A stretch of 64,000 bases of DNA from NCBI GenBank assembly GCA_963716565.1, contig OY970318.1, positions 516,284 through 580,283 of the forward strand. Reading direction: 5' to 3'. Within the stretch, counting starts at the first letter, position 1. Every line of letters starts with the position of its first letter. Position numbers and translations under genes: made by a program. Source of the stretch: an uncultured Candidatus Saccharibacteria bacterium. Lineage in GTDB: Bacteria; Patescibacteriota; Saccharimonadia; Saccharimonadales; CAIOMD01. Below are positions 55,931 through 63,918 of the stretch, one piece after another. The notes under the pieces are model-generated. The model made no database searches and was not told where the DNA came from. It saw only the letters and a program-made list of their open reading frames with translations.

Positions 55931-56500
55931 GTGCCCGCCAATAGGTCGTTTACGATCGAACAACAAGGTCCATCGAAGGAGATCTGTCTAACCCTTCACG
56001 GTGATCTTCCTGGCAATCAGAGCGCCTGCAGACAGCTGGCCTCGCGGCTGCGAGGAGGAGAGATGAAGGCGCTTCTTACAGGAGTGAATCTAGACGGCGG
56101 CATCATTACGCTTAAACCCGTACCTGGGGCCGACACCGGCAGGCTGATCATCCAGACCAACAAGATCGCCAACGAGTGGCGCAAGGAGTTCTTTGGAGAT
56201 CAGAAGTACAAGGTCTACACGCAAGAAGGATCGAACACGATCATACTTGAGATCGCCGAGGCCACTCGCAAGAACCTGGGGCCTAGCAGCCTCGAAAGGC
56301 ACTACGGTGAGCTCGTTGTGGCTCTGAAGGGGAGACGGCAATACGCTACCTCTGCCATCAGCGATGTCACTCGCCTTAGGCACACCATCTTCGTAAACGC
56401 TTATCCTGGCCACCTTGAGCAGGTTCGCCAGGAAGTCGTCGAAACAGCGAAGGTTTGGCAATCCCAGTATTTCGGCGACAAACAGTACGTCCAGCTCTGA
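55931..56500 (+). CDS. Island ORF4, orphan 189-aa protein with internal duplication
   Basis: GTG 7 nt after the SD GGAAGGAG (55916-55923). Two halves of about 95 aa end in ANEWRKEFFGDQKYKVY and AKVWQSQYFGDKQYVQL. Confidence 0.55.
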   Translation: MPANRSFTIEQQGPSKEICLTLHGDLPGNQSACRQLASRLRGGEMKALLTGVNLDGGIITLKPVPGADTGRLIIQTNKIANEWRKEFFGDQKYKVYTQEGSNTIILEIAEATRKNLGPSSLERHYGELVVALKGRRQYATSAISDVTRLRHTIFVNAYPGHLEQVRQEVVETAKVWQSQYFGDKQYVQL

Positions 56501-56516
56501 CGGACTCAAGCACCAA

Positions 56517-56549
56517 CCCGGCCCCCTACTAGCTACTGGGGGCGCCGGG
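56517..56549 (+). terminator. GC-rich stem-loop after island ORF4 (right edge of island)
   Basis: CCCGGCCCCC-TACTAGCTACT-GGGGGCGCCGGG. It is homologous to the hairpin at 55792-55824. Confidence 0.5.
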
Positions 56550-56575
56550 CCCCCAACTTTAATAATAAGTTTATT

Positions 56576-56612
56576 TATCTAACATCCAACGTCTAATATC
56601 TATCGTCTATTT
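56576..56612. repeat. Family A element A5 (murE 3' end, island border)
   Basis: The minus strand reads AAATAGACGATAGATATTAGACGTTGGATGTTAGATA. murE reads AAT AGA CGA TAG and stops at the second TAG. Confidence 0.8.
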
Positions 56613-57886
56613 AGCAGTTCCCTGGCGACTTTTCTTTCGTCCCAGGGCATTTTTTTACCACCCATATTACGATAATCTTGATGCCCCATACCGGTAAGCA
56701 AAATCACATCACCCTCTTTGGCGGCTTTAAAAGCGGCTTTAATAGCCTCGTAGCGATCGGCAATTTCTACGTATTTATTCTTGCCACCTGACTTTTCTAT
56801 GCCCTCTCTTACGGCCGTTCGTATAACCTCGCCATCTTCGGTATAGGTTTCGTCGTCGGTTAAATAAACCATATCGGCTAATTTGGCGGCTATTTCGCCC
56901 ATAATTGGCCTTTTTGATTTGTCCCTATCGCCAGTGGCTCCAAAGACAATGCTAAGGTGCCCTTTTGTTAGCCCCTTAAGGGCCTTTAGAGTCCTTTCTA
57001 TGGCATCTGGGGTGTAACCGTAGTCTACGAGCACTGTAAAATCTTGGCCGCAGTCTACGGGCTCTAAACGGCCTGGCACAACTTTGACGTTGGCTACTCC
57101 TAAAGCAATTTGCTGGGGCTTTAGCCCGGCCGTCTGGCCAACTACCACTGCCATGGCCACGTTATAAGCGTTAAAATCGCCCACTAATTTAGTTGACACC
57201 CTTACAACTCCGTCGGTACTTATCAGCTTAAAAGAGGTGCCCTTGGGTTCAACTTTTAGTTCCTTTATCTGATGAGTGGCTTTGGCCTGGCCAATACTTT
57301 TTAGTTTAGTTTCTACCCTTTCGGCAAAATAGCTGTACCAATCGTCGTCGGCATTTAAAATTACTGTTTGCGGCTTAAAATCGGTGATTAACTTGGCTTT
57401 GGCGGCAGCATAATTTTCCATGGTTTTGTGATAATCCAGATGATCTTGGCTTAAATTAGTAACAGCGGCAATTTTTACAGGCACACCATATATACGAAAT
57501 TGATCGAGTGCATGGCTAGTAACTTCCAAAATAATCCAGTCAGCACGGGCCTTTTTGGCTTTTTTAAAAAAACTCTGCACCGACCAAGCGCTAGCTACAG
57601 TCATATGGGTGCGATTAAGCTTATTCACTCCGTTAATCTCGGTAAAAGCGGTGGTATAAACAGCTGTTTTGCAGCCCGCTGCCTTAAAAATTTCGTTTAT
57701 AAAGGCACAAGTTGTAGTTTTACCGTTGGTGCCTGTAACGGCAATAACGTTCATGCCCTTGGCCGGATATAAATTGACAAGATTTGCAGTTTTAGCCTTA
57801 CTCAAGCGACTAAAGTTCTCTATCTGGCGCATCTTTGATGGCGGAATCAATTTACGAATTATCTTCTTAACTTTACTCATTAGCAT
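56600..57886 (-). CDS. murE: Mur ligase, MurE-like (UDP-MurNAc-tripeptide synthetase)
   Basis: 428 aa. VIAVTGTNGKTTT, and a C-terminal domain with LLTGMGHQDY...PWDERKVARELL. The N-terminal domain is short. It could be another Mur-family member. Confidence 0.75.
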   Translation of the reverse strand: MLMSKVKKIIRKLIPPSKMRQIENFSRLSKAKTANLVNLYPAKGMNVIAVTGTNGKTTTCAFINEIFKAAGCKTAVYTTAFTEINGVNKLNRTHMTVASAWSVQSFFKKAKKARADWIILEVTSHALDQFRIYGVPVKIAAVTNLSQDHLDYHKTMENYAAAKAKLITDFKPQTVILNADDDWYSYFAERVETKLKSIGQAKATHQIKELKVEPKGTSFKLISTDGVVRVSTKLVGDFNAYNVAMAVVVGQTAGLKPQQIALGVANVKVVPGRLEPVDCGQDFTVLVDYGYTPDAIERTLKALKGLTKGHLSIVFGATGDRDKSKRPIMGEIAAKLADMVYLTDDETYTEDGEVIRTAVREGIEKSGGKNKYVEIADRYEAIKAAFKAAKEGDVILLTGMGHQDYRNMGGKKMPWDERKVARELLNRR

Positions 57887-57930
57887 TTAGTATACAGCCA
57901 AAGCTAAAAGGCTTTAACTACTATTCGATT

Positions 57931-57946
57931 GCTGTAAACTGTTAAC
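57931..57946. repeat. Family C repeat C2
   Basis: GCTGTAAACTGTTAAC is the reverse complement of GTTAACAGTTTACAGC. It lies in the 61-nt divergent spacer between murE and tsaD. Confidence 0.55.
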
Positions 57947-57947
57947 T

Positions 57948-58979
57948 ATGATTGTTCTAGGAATAGAAAGCAGTTGCGACGAAACCGCTGTGGCCATAGT
58001 AAAAGATGGACGCCAGATTTTAGCTAATGGCATTGCCTCTTCGCTAGATTTACATGCCCAGTACGGCGGCGTAGTACCCGAAATCGCCGCTCGCAGCCAC
58101 ATTGAAGCCATTATTCCCCTTGTAGAAAGCGCCTTAGCTGATTCGAAGATGGGTTGGGAAAATATTGATGCTATAGCCGTTACCCAAGGCGCTGGCCTAA
58201 TGGGTAGTTTGCTAATCGGCCTTTTAACTGCTCGAACACTGGCTATAACCAATCAAAAGCCCTTGTATGCTATTAATCATGTTGAGGCCCACGTTTACGC
58301 CAATTTTTTAGTTGAGCCAGCACCTAAGTTCCCCCTGCTATCTTTAATTATTAGCGGCGGCCACACCCAGTTGGTTTATTTTAAAGATCATTCTAATTAC
58401 CAAGTACTAGGCAAGACCGTAGATGACGCCGTTGGTGAAACCTACGATAAAGTAGCTAGGATTATTGGGCTACCCTACCCTGGCGGGCGCAGTATTGATG
58501 TCGCCGCCCCTTCGGGCGACGGCTCGAAATATCAGTTGCCAAAAGCCAAACTAGATATGCCCTATAACTTCTCTTTTTCGGGCCTTAAAACCGCTGTTTT
58601 AAGGTTGGCTCAGCAGGTTGTGGGGCGAGATTACACCACGCCTAGTTTTGAGCTGCCTGCCCTGTTAAACGACAGTCAAAGAAACGATATTGCCGCCAGC
58701 TTCCAACGCGTAGCCATTGAAACCTTGGTTGAAAAAACTAAACAAGCTTACGAAGAATTCAAGCCAAAGAATGTGGTTATAGCCGGTGGAGTAGCTGCCA
58801 GCCAAGAATTAAGAAGGGTACTGGCCCAATCTTTACCGATAGAAATCACCTACGCCCCCATGAACCTTTGCACCGATAACGCCGCCATGGTCGCCGCCCT
58901 CGGCTTTTACAAAGCCAAACAGGAAACCGACCCATCCGATCCTTATGCCCTAGAAATAGACCCCAACCTCAAAATGTAA
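57948..58979 (+). CDS. tsaD: tRNA N6-adenosine threonylcarbamoyltransferase TsaD
   Basis: 343 aa. MIVLGIESSCDETAVAIV, HVEAHV and GGVAAS. Confidence 0.9.
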   Translation: MIVLGIESSCDETAVAIVKDGRQILANGIASSLDLHAQYGGVVPEIAARSHIEAIIPLVESALADSKMGWENIDAIAVTQGAGLMGSLLIGLLTARTLAITNQKPLYAINHVEAHVYANFLVEPAPKFPLLSLIISGGHTQLVYFKDHSNYQVLGKTVDDAVGETYDKVARIIGLPYPGGRSIDVAAPSGDGSKYQLPKAKLDMPYNFSFSGLKTAVLRLAQQVVGRDYTTPSFELPALLNDSQRNDIAASFQRVAIETLVEKTKQAYEEFKPKNVVIAGGVAASQELRRVLAQSLPIEITYAPMNLCTDNAAMVAALGFYKAKQETDPSDPYALEIDPNLKM

Positions 58980-59285
58980 TCTTCCTACCGCTTTTGACAC
59001 CAAAAGTACCTAGAGTGTCTCTTGTGAATATGATAGTTTCTTGTGAATTTTGCAAAATAATATCGTAATATGTTTTTTGCTATCTGGGCAAGAACTCCTT
59101 GCATAACCCTTTTCGTTTGCGAAAACCCTTTATTGGCAGGGCAAAATTGGCGTTCTTGCGACAAAGCATATCTAAAGATACGCTGCGAAGCAAAACGCCA
59201 ATTTGGCACGTCAAGAATGGCTTGAAGTAGAAAGAGAGTTTTGAAAGGAGTTCTTAAAGTTGTAAAATGCTAAAAGAGTAAACCA

Positions 59286-61865
59286 ATGAAACTATCCAAA
59301 ACCTACGAGCCAAAACAGTACGAAGACGACATTTATGCCCTCTGGGAAAAGAGCCAGGCTTTTTTGCCAAACCCCAAGGCGAAACAAAAATACAGTATTG
59401 TTATGCCGCCGCCCAATGCCAATGCCGATTTACACGCCGGTTTTGGTTTGGTTAACGCCCTAGAAGATATCGCCACCAGATATCATCGGCTAAAAGGTGA
59501 GTCGGCTCTATTTTTACCCGGAGCTGATCACGCCGGTTTTGAAACTTGGGTGGTCTACGAAAAGCAACTAGCTAAACAGGGTAAAAGCCGATTCGATTTT
59601 AACAGGGAAGAGTTATATAAACAGGTATGGGATTTTGTACAGCAAAACAAAGCTAATTTTGAAACGCAGATTAGGCGCATGGGTGCCAGTTGCGATTGGA
59701 CTCGCTTTACATTTACCCTCGATGACAAGGTTGTAAAAACCGTATACAGCACCTTTAAAAAGATGTGGAACGAGGGGCTTGTTTACCGCGGCGAGCGCTT
59801 AGTTAACTTCTGTACCACCCACGGCACCTCGTTTGCTGATGTTGAAGTGCAATATCAAGACATCCCAGGCAAACTTTGGACTATTAGTTACCCCTTATCT
59901 GACGGCGAAGGTAACGTTAAGATAGCCACAACCCGCCCCGAAACCATGCTAGGCGACACGGCCATTGCCGTTAACCCTAATGATGCCAGATATAAAAAAC
60001 TGATTGGCAAAACCGCTCATTTACCCCTGACAAATCGTGACATTCCCATAATTGCCGACGAGATGGTGCAGACCGATTTTGGCACCGGTGCCGTTAAAAT
60101 AACTCCGGCCCACGACTTTGCCGATTTTGACGTAGCCGAAAGGCATGATTTGCCACGCATTAACGTAATCGACCACCAGGGCAATATCACTCGGGAGATG
60201 CCGCCAGCTTACGCCGGCCGGCCGTATCTAGAGGCCAGGGAACTGGTTCTAAAAGATCTAAAAGCCCAAAAATTATTAGTTAAAGAAGAGGTTTTTAATC
60301 ATCAAGTTGGCCACTGTTACAAGTGCGGCAACCCCATCCAACCGCTAATCCGCGACCAATGGTTTGTAGATATGAAAAAGCTGGCCAAAGACGCCATAAA
60401 AGCCCTTGAACAAGATAAGATTAAATTCTACCCAGAATCTAAAAAGAGCCAATTGATTGAGTATCTAAAGGGGCTGCGCGACTGGAATATTAGCCGCCAG
60501 ATTGCCTGGGGCATACCAATCCCCGCTTTTCAGAATATCGACAACCCCGATGATTGGATTTTTGACGAACGCGTAGGCCAAGAGACCATAGAAGTAAATG
60601 GCAAAACCTACCATCGCGACCCAGACGTATTTGACACCTGGTTTTCTAGCGGCCAATGGCCTTATGTGACCCTAGATTACCCCGATGGCGACGATTACAA
60701 GAACTTTTACCCGCTGTCGCTAATGGAAACTGGCGGGGAAATCTTGTACCCTTGGGTTTCCCGCATGATTATGCTGGGGCTTTACGTTACTGGCAGCATT
60801 CCATTTAAAGAAGTTTATATTCATGGTTACGTGATGGCCGAAGATGGTTCTAAGATGAGCAAGAGCGTTGGCAACACTGTTAGCCCTATGGAAATCATCG
60901 ACCAATTTGGCTCCGATGCCCTGCGCATGGGTATTATTAACGGCCGCGTAGCCGGGGTAAATCAGCCCTTTAATAACACCAAGTTTATTTCGGCCCGCAA
61001 CTTCTGCAATAAGCTATGGAATGTCGCCCGCTACACCGAAGACTGCTTAGGCAACGACGACAAATCAGCCAATAAACCAAAGCCTCAAAGCTTAGCCGAC
61101 CATTGGATTTTAGGCAAACTAAAGCAAAACATCGAATTAATAGCCGACGATTTAGATAATTATCGCTTTAGCGAAGCCTATAACCGTCTATATCACTTTG
61201 TTTGGAACGATTACGCCGACTGGTACATAGAAGCCAGCAAAGTTAACAAAAACCCCTCTGTTTTGGCCTATTTATTAGATGCCGTACTAAAACTAGCACA
61301 CCCGTTTGCGCCGTTTGTAACCGAAACTATTTGGCAAACTTTGGGTTGGAATAAAGACACTCTGTTAATTAGCCAAAACTGGCCAGAAGCAGCTAGGTTC
61401 GACGAAAAAGCCCTTAAGCAGTTCGATGATGTTCAGGCTATCGTTAGTGAAATCCGCTATATAACCAAAGCCCTAGAGGTAAAATCCCCTAGCCTGTATT
61501 TCACAAAAGAACCATTTTTGACCGCCAGCGCCGATATAATCAAACATCTAGCCAAACTAAGTGGCTGCAAAGAAGTAGAATCCGGTCAGGGTATGTATTT
61601 GACCCAAACCACTCTAAGCTGCTGGCTAGATATCGACCTCAACACCGCTCAAAAATACACCGCTAAATTACATGTTAATAAACTGCAGCACGAAGGTGTA
61701 ATAGATAAGCTGCAGCAGCGTTTAGATAATAAAAGCTACACCAAGAACGCTCCCGCCGAAGTTGTTCAGCAAACCAAAGACCAAATGGCCGCCGAACAGG
61801 CGCTACTAGAAAAACTAGACCAAGAGCTAAATAGATTCTCTAGTTTCGGTGCCAACGAAAAATAA
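59286..61865 (+). CDS. valS: Valine--tRNA ligase
   Basis: 859 aa. PPPNANADLHAGF (HIGH region), a CP1 editing domain, KMSKS (SKMSKSVGN) and a C-terminal coiled coil. Confidence 0.95.
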   Translation: MKLSKTYEPKQYEDDIYALWEKSQAFLPNPKAKQKYSIVMPPPNANADLHAGFGLVNALEDIATRYHRLKGESALFLPGADHAGFETWVVYEKQLAKQGKSRFDFNREELYKQVWDFVQQNKANFETQIRRMGASCDWTRFTFTLDDKVVKTVYSTFKKMWNEGLVYRGERLVNFCTTHGTSFADVEVQYQDIPGKLWTISYPLSDGEGNVKIATTRPETMLGDTAIAVNPNDARYKKLIGKTAHLPLTNRDIPIIADEMVQTDFGTGAVKITPAHDFADFDVAERHDLPRINVIDHQGNITREMPPAYAGRPYLEARELVLKDLKAQKLLVKEEVFNHQVGHCYKCGNPIQPLIRDQWFVDMKKLAKDAIKALEQDKIKFYPESKKSQLIEYLKGLRDWNISRQIAWGIPIPAFQNIDNPDDWIFDERVGQETIEVNGKTYHRDPDVFDTWFSSGQWPYVTLDYPDGDDYKNFYPLSLMETGGEILYPWVSRMIMLGLYVTGSIPFKEVYIHGYVMAEDGSKMSKSVGNTVSPMEIIDQFGSDALRMGIINGRVAGVNQPFNNTKFISARNFCNKLWNVARYTEDCLGNDDKSANKPKPQSLADHWILGKLKQNIELIADDLDNYRFSEAYNRLYHFVWNDYADWYIEASKVNKNPSVLAYLLDAVLKLAHPFAPFVTETIWQTLGWNKDTLLISQNWPEAARFDEKALKQFDDVQAIVSEIRYITKALEVKSPSLYFTKEPFLTASADIIKHLAKLSGCKEVESGQGMYLTQTTLSCWLDIDLNTAQKYTAKLHVNKLQHEGVIDKLQQRLDNKSYTKNAPAEVVQQTKDQMAAEQALLEKLDQELNRFSSFGANEK

Positions 61866-61916
61866 CTTACACCGACCAGGCTCAACCCGGTAAATACGTT
61901 TAGCCTAAGTTAAAAG

Positions 61917-62870
61917 CTACGGCTCAAAATTTTGGACATCAATGGCGTTTCTCATCTCGTAGGAGTGATTGATGTTATCGCTACGATGTACTATTTCCAT
62001 ATGGAGAGGATTAGCACAAGGCCTAAAACCGCATACGTGATTCAATTCTAGATGTCTTGGTGGAAGTGATCTGCCCGTTGCCACCCACGCCACCCTATGA
62101 GCCAAGGCATCACCACGGTGGCTAAAGCCCCTCATGGTTATTCTTGGATAAAGCCGTCCGTAACCATCAACCTGCGAGTTAAAACCATCTAGTCGAGTGT
62201 AATAAGATCGCACCGGCCAACAGCCAGTATGCTCATCGATTGTTATTTTAGAAACGCTATTTGCCGTTAAGGCCCCTGTTTTTTCGCTCTCATAAGGGTG
62301 GCAAGCCCTCTGCAGCTTCCTTAATTCTTCAATTGATTCTTCAATGCTGGGCAGAATACTGCCCCAAGCAGTTTGGATCCTGCCGTCTGGTAATGTTTTA
62401 AATAGGCGCTCATCTGGCTCGAGTAGTTCCCATCGATTTCTTAATCTAGGAGTAAAGTCATAATGCCTAGGATTCAAACAATTAACACCATCACACAATT
62501 GAATCTGCTGCTTAACTGCTAGCGTAGCTAGGTTCAGAACTCCACGGGCATCGTATTCTGCGATTCCCCATAACGTTTCGGTGTGTTCGCTATCATTCAT
62601 CCCGACATCTGGCATCCAGCAGCCAGTATCTTCATTTAGTTCGCAAGACTCTAAAGAGTTGAAGCCTGGCCTGTTTACCCCTATTATGGCCTGTTTTGCC
62701 AGGTTCTTAAAAATGCCCAACTCTTTGGCGGCGACCTCCATAGGAGGCAACCATAAATCATCTTTGCTCTTTAAAAAATCCTCGATTTTAAAACCGGTTA
62801 CTGGCAAATAATGTGAATATCCGACTCCAGAACGAGTAAGAGAGGGGTGCAAAGACTCCTTTAAGATCAT
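61917..62870 (-). CDS. Tandem HNH_3-like endonuclease-domain protein
   Basis: 317 aa. The C-terminal module is DEHTGCWPV...AHRVAW...LELNHVCGFRPCANPLHMEIVHRSDNINHS. An upstream degenerate copy reads NEDTGCWMPD...CDGVNCLNPRHYDF. Confidence 0.6.
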   Translation of the reverse strand: MILKESLHPSLTRSGVGYSHYLPVTGFKIEDFLKSKDDLWLPPMEVAAKELGIFKNLAKQAIIGVNRPGFNSLESCELNEDTGCWMPDVGMNDSEHTETLWGIAEYDARGVLNLATLAVKQQIQLCDGVNCLNPRHYDFTPRLRNRWELLEPDERLFKTLPDGRIQTAWGSILPSIEESIEELRKLQRACHPYESEKTGALTANSVSKITIDEHTGCWPVRSYYTRLDGFNSQVDGYGRLYPRITMRGFSHRGDALAHRVAWVATGRSLPPRHLELNHVCGFRPCANPLHMEIVHRSDNINHSYEMRNAIDVQNFEP

Positions 62871-62931
62871 TAATGAATCTTATCAAAGCAACGCGCCATA
62901 AACACAAACGCTATTAGATACTGTACGCTTA

Positions 62932-63804
62932 CTAGAATTCTAACGCCTGGCGAATGCGGGCAGCACTTTCGGTGGGCTGATAATCGTCAAACCACAACGA
63001 ATGCCACCCCATCTTGCAAGCCGCCATTAAATTAGAGCTGTTATCGTCTACCAATAAAATGCTTTCGGGGTCCACCTTGGCCAATTCGGCGGCCTTTTTA
63101 AAAATTGCCTCTTCTGGCTTGATTAGTTTGGCTTCTGATGAATCAATAATGGCGCTAAAACCTAAATTGGGGATGGTTCCCTGTTCTAACATCTTACGCG
63201 TTAGCGTAGGCATAGCATTAGTTAAAAGCCCAACCGGGTAATTATCGGCCACCCAGCTTAGTGAATCATGTATATCGGCTATAGGGTCGATGTTTTTAAA
63301 ATAATAATCTTGCCAAGCTATCTGTTCTACGCCAACTTTTTGAGCCAACATCTGGTTAAATTCTTCTAGTGGCATATCGCCCCGACAAACGGCATCGTTA
63401 TAGCGCCAAAAGAAACCTTCTACAGTGTCGGCCGTAACACCGGTGTCATCGGCAATATCGGTAAAGGCTCGCTGAAAGAAACGCACCATCACCCCGTTAA
63501 CATCAAAGTAGACGAACTTTATGCCGTTCTTAGCCGTTTTGTAAGCCCTCTGGGCTGTTTTTAGTCCAAAGTGGTCACCAACACCGGCCAGCTCTTCTAG
63601 CGGCACTCCGGTGGCCTTAGCAATGACAGCAACAGTAAAGACGCTGGGGGTTTTAATGGCACCCCGCTCTATTTTAGCCAACGTCGAATAAGACAAATTA
63701 GCCTTAATACAAAGCTGCTGCTGGGTTAAACCGGCCTTACGACGTGCGTCGCCTATGGCCTTGCCCAACTTGAACTCTAAAGTAGCGGTGCCCTCCCCAT
63801 CCAT
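62932..63804 (-). CDS. XRE-family HTH fused to HAD-like hydrolase domain
   Basis: 290 aa. HTH LTQQQLCIKANLSYSTLAKIERG, then a HAD-like part (FVYFDVNGVM, LLTNA, LLVDDNSSN). SD AGAGG. Confidence 0.65.
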   Translation of the reverse strand: MDGEGTATLEFKLGKAIGDARRKAGLTQQQLCIKANLSYSTLAKIERGAIKTPSVFTVAVIAKATGVPLEELAGVGDHFGLKTAQRAYKTAKNGIKFVYFDVNGVMVRFFQRAFTDIADDTGVTADTVEGFFWRYNDAVCRGDMPLEEFNQMLAQKVGVEQIAWQDYYFKNIDPIADIHDSLSWVADNYPVGLLTNAMPTLTRKMLEQGTIPNLGFSAIIDSSEAKLIKPEEAIFKKAAELAKVDPESILLVDDNSSNLMAACKMGWHSLWFDDYQPTESAARIRQALEF

Positions 63805-63814
63805 GGCCTCTATT

Positions 63815-63832
63815 CTAGCACGATATTGCTAG
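63815..63832. promoter_or_regulatory. 18-bp palindrome, candidate operator of the XRE-HAD gene
   Basis: CTAGCA-CGATAT-TGCTAG, lying 11-28 nt upstream of the ATG at 63804. Confidence 0.35.
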
Positions 63833-63918
63833 CTTGTATCAGGATTTTCAGGCTACTTTAGGGCAATCAATAAAATCACCTTTGTTAAGACTAATATTTC
63901 GTATAAGATTACTTGCAG

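Noticed and set aside
53810-56565. The island could be an integron-like cassette array, with the conserved 3' hairpins acting as attC sites.
   Set aside because: No intI integrase or attI site is nearby. The hairpins lack the RYYYAAC/GTTRRRY core sites. Each cassette also carries its own promoter, unlike integron cassettes.
58985-59209. A 74-aa minus-strand ORF in the tsaD-valS spacer.
   Set aside because: The translation is basic, Cys/Phe/Arg-rich and atypical. It has no SD. The region is better explained by the hairpin-rich leader on the valS side.
58980-59285. A T-box riboswitch upstream of valS.
   Set aside because: I could not find the conserved T-box sequence (AATTAGGGTGGTACCGCG-like) or a specifier-loop arrangement. 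The region is kept only as an unclassified structured leader.
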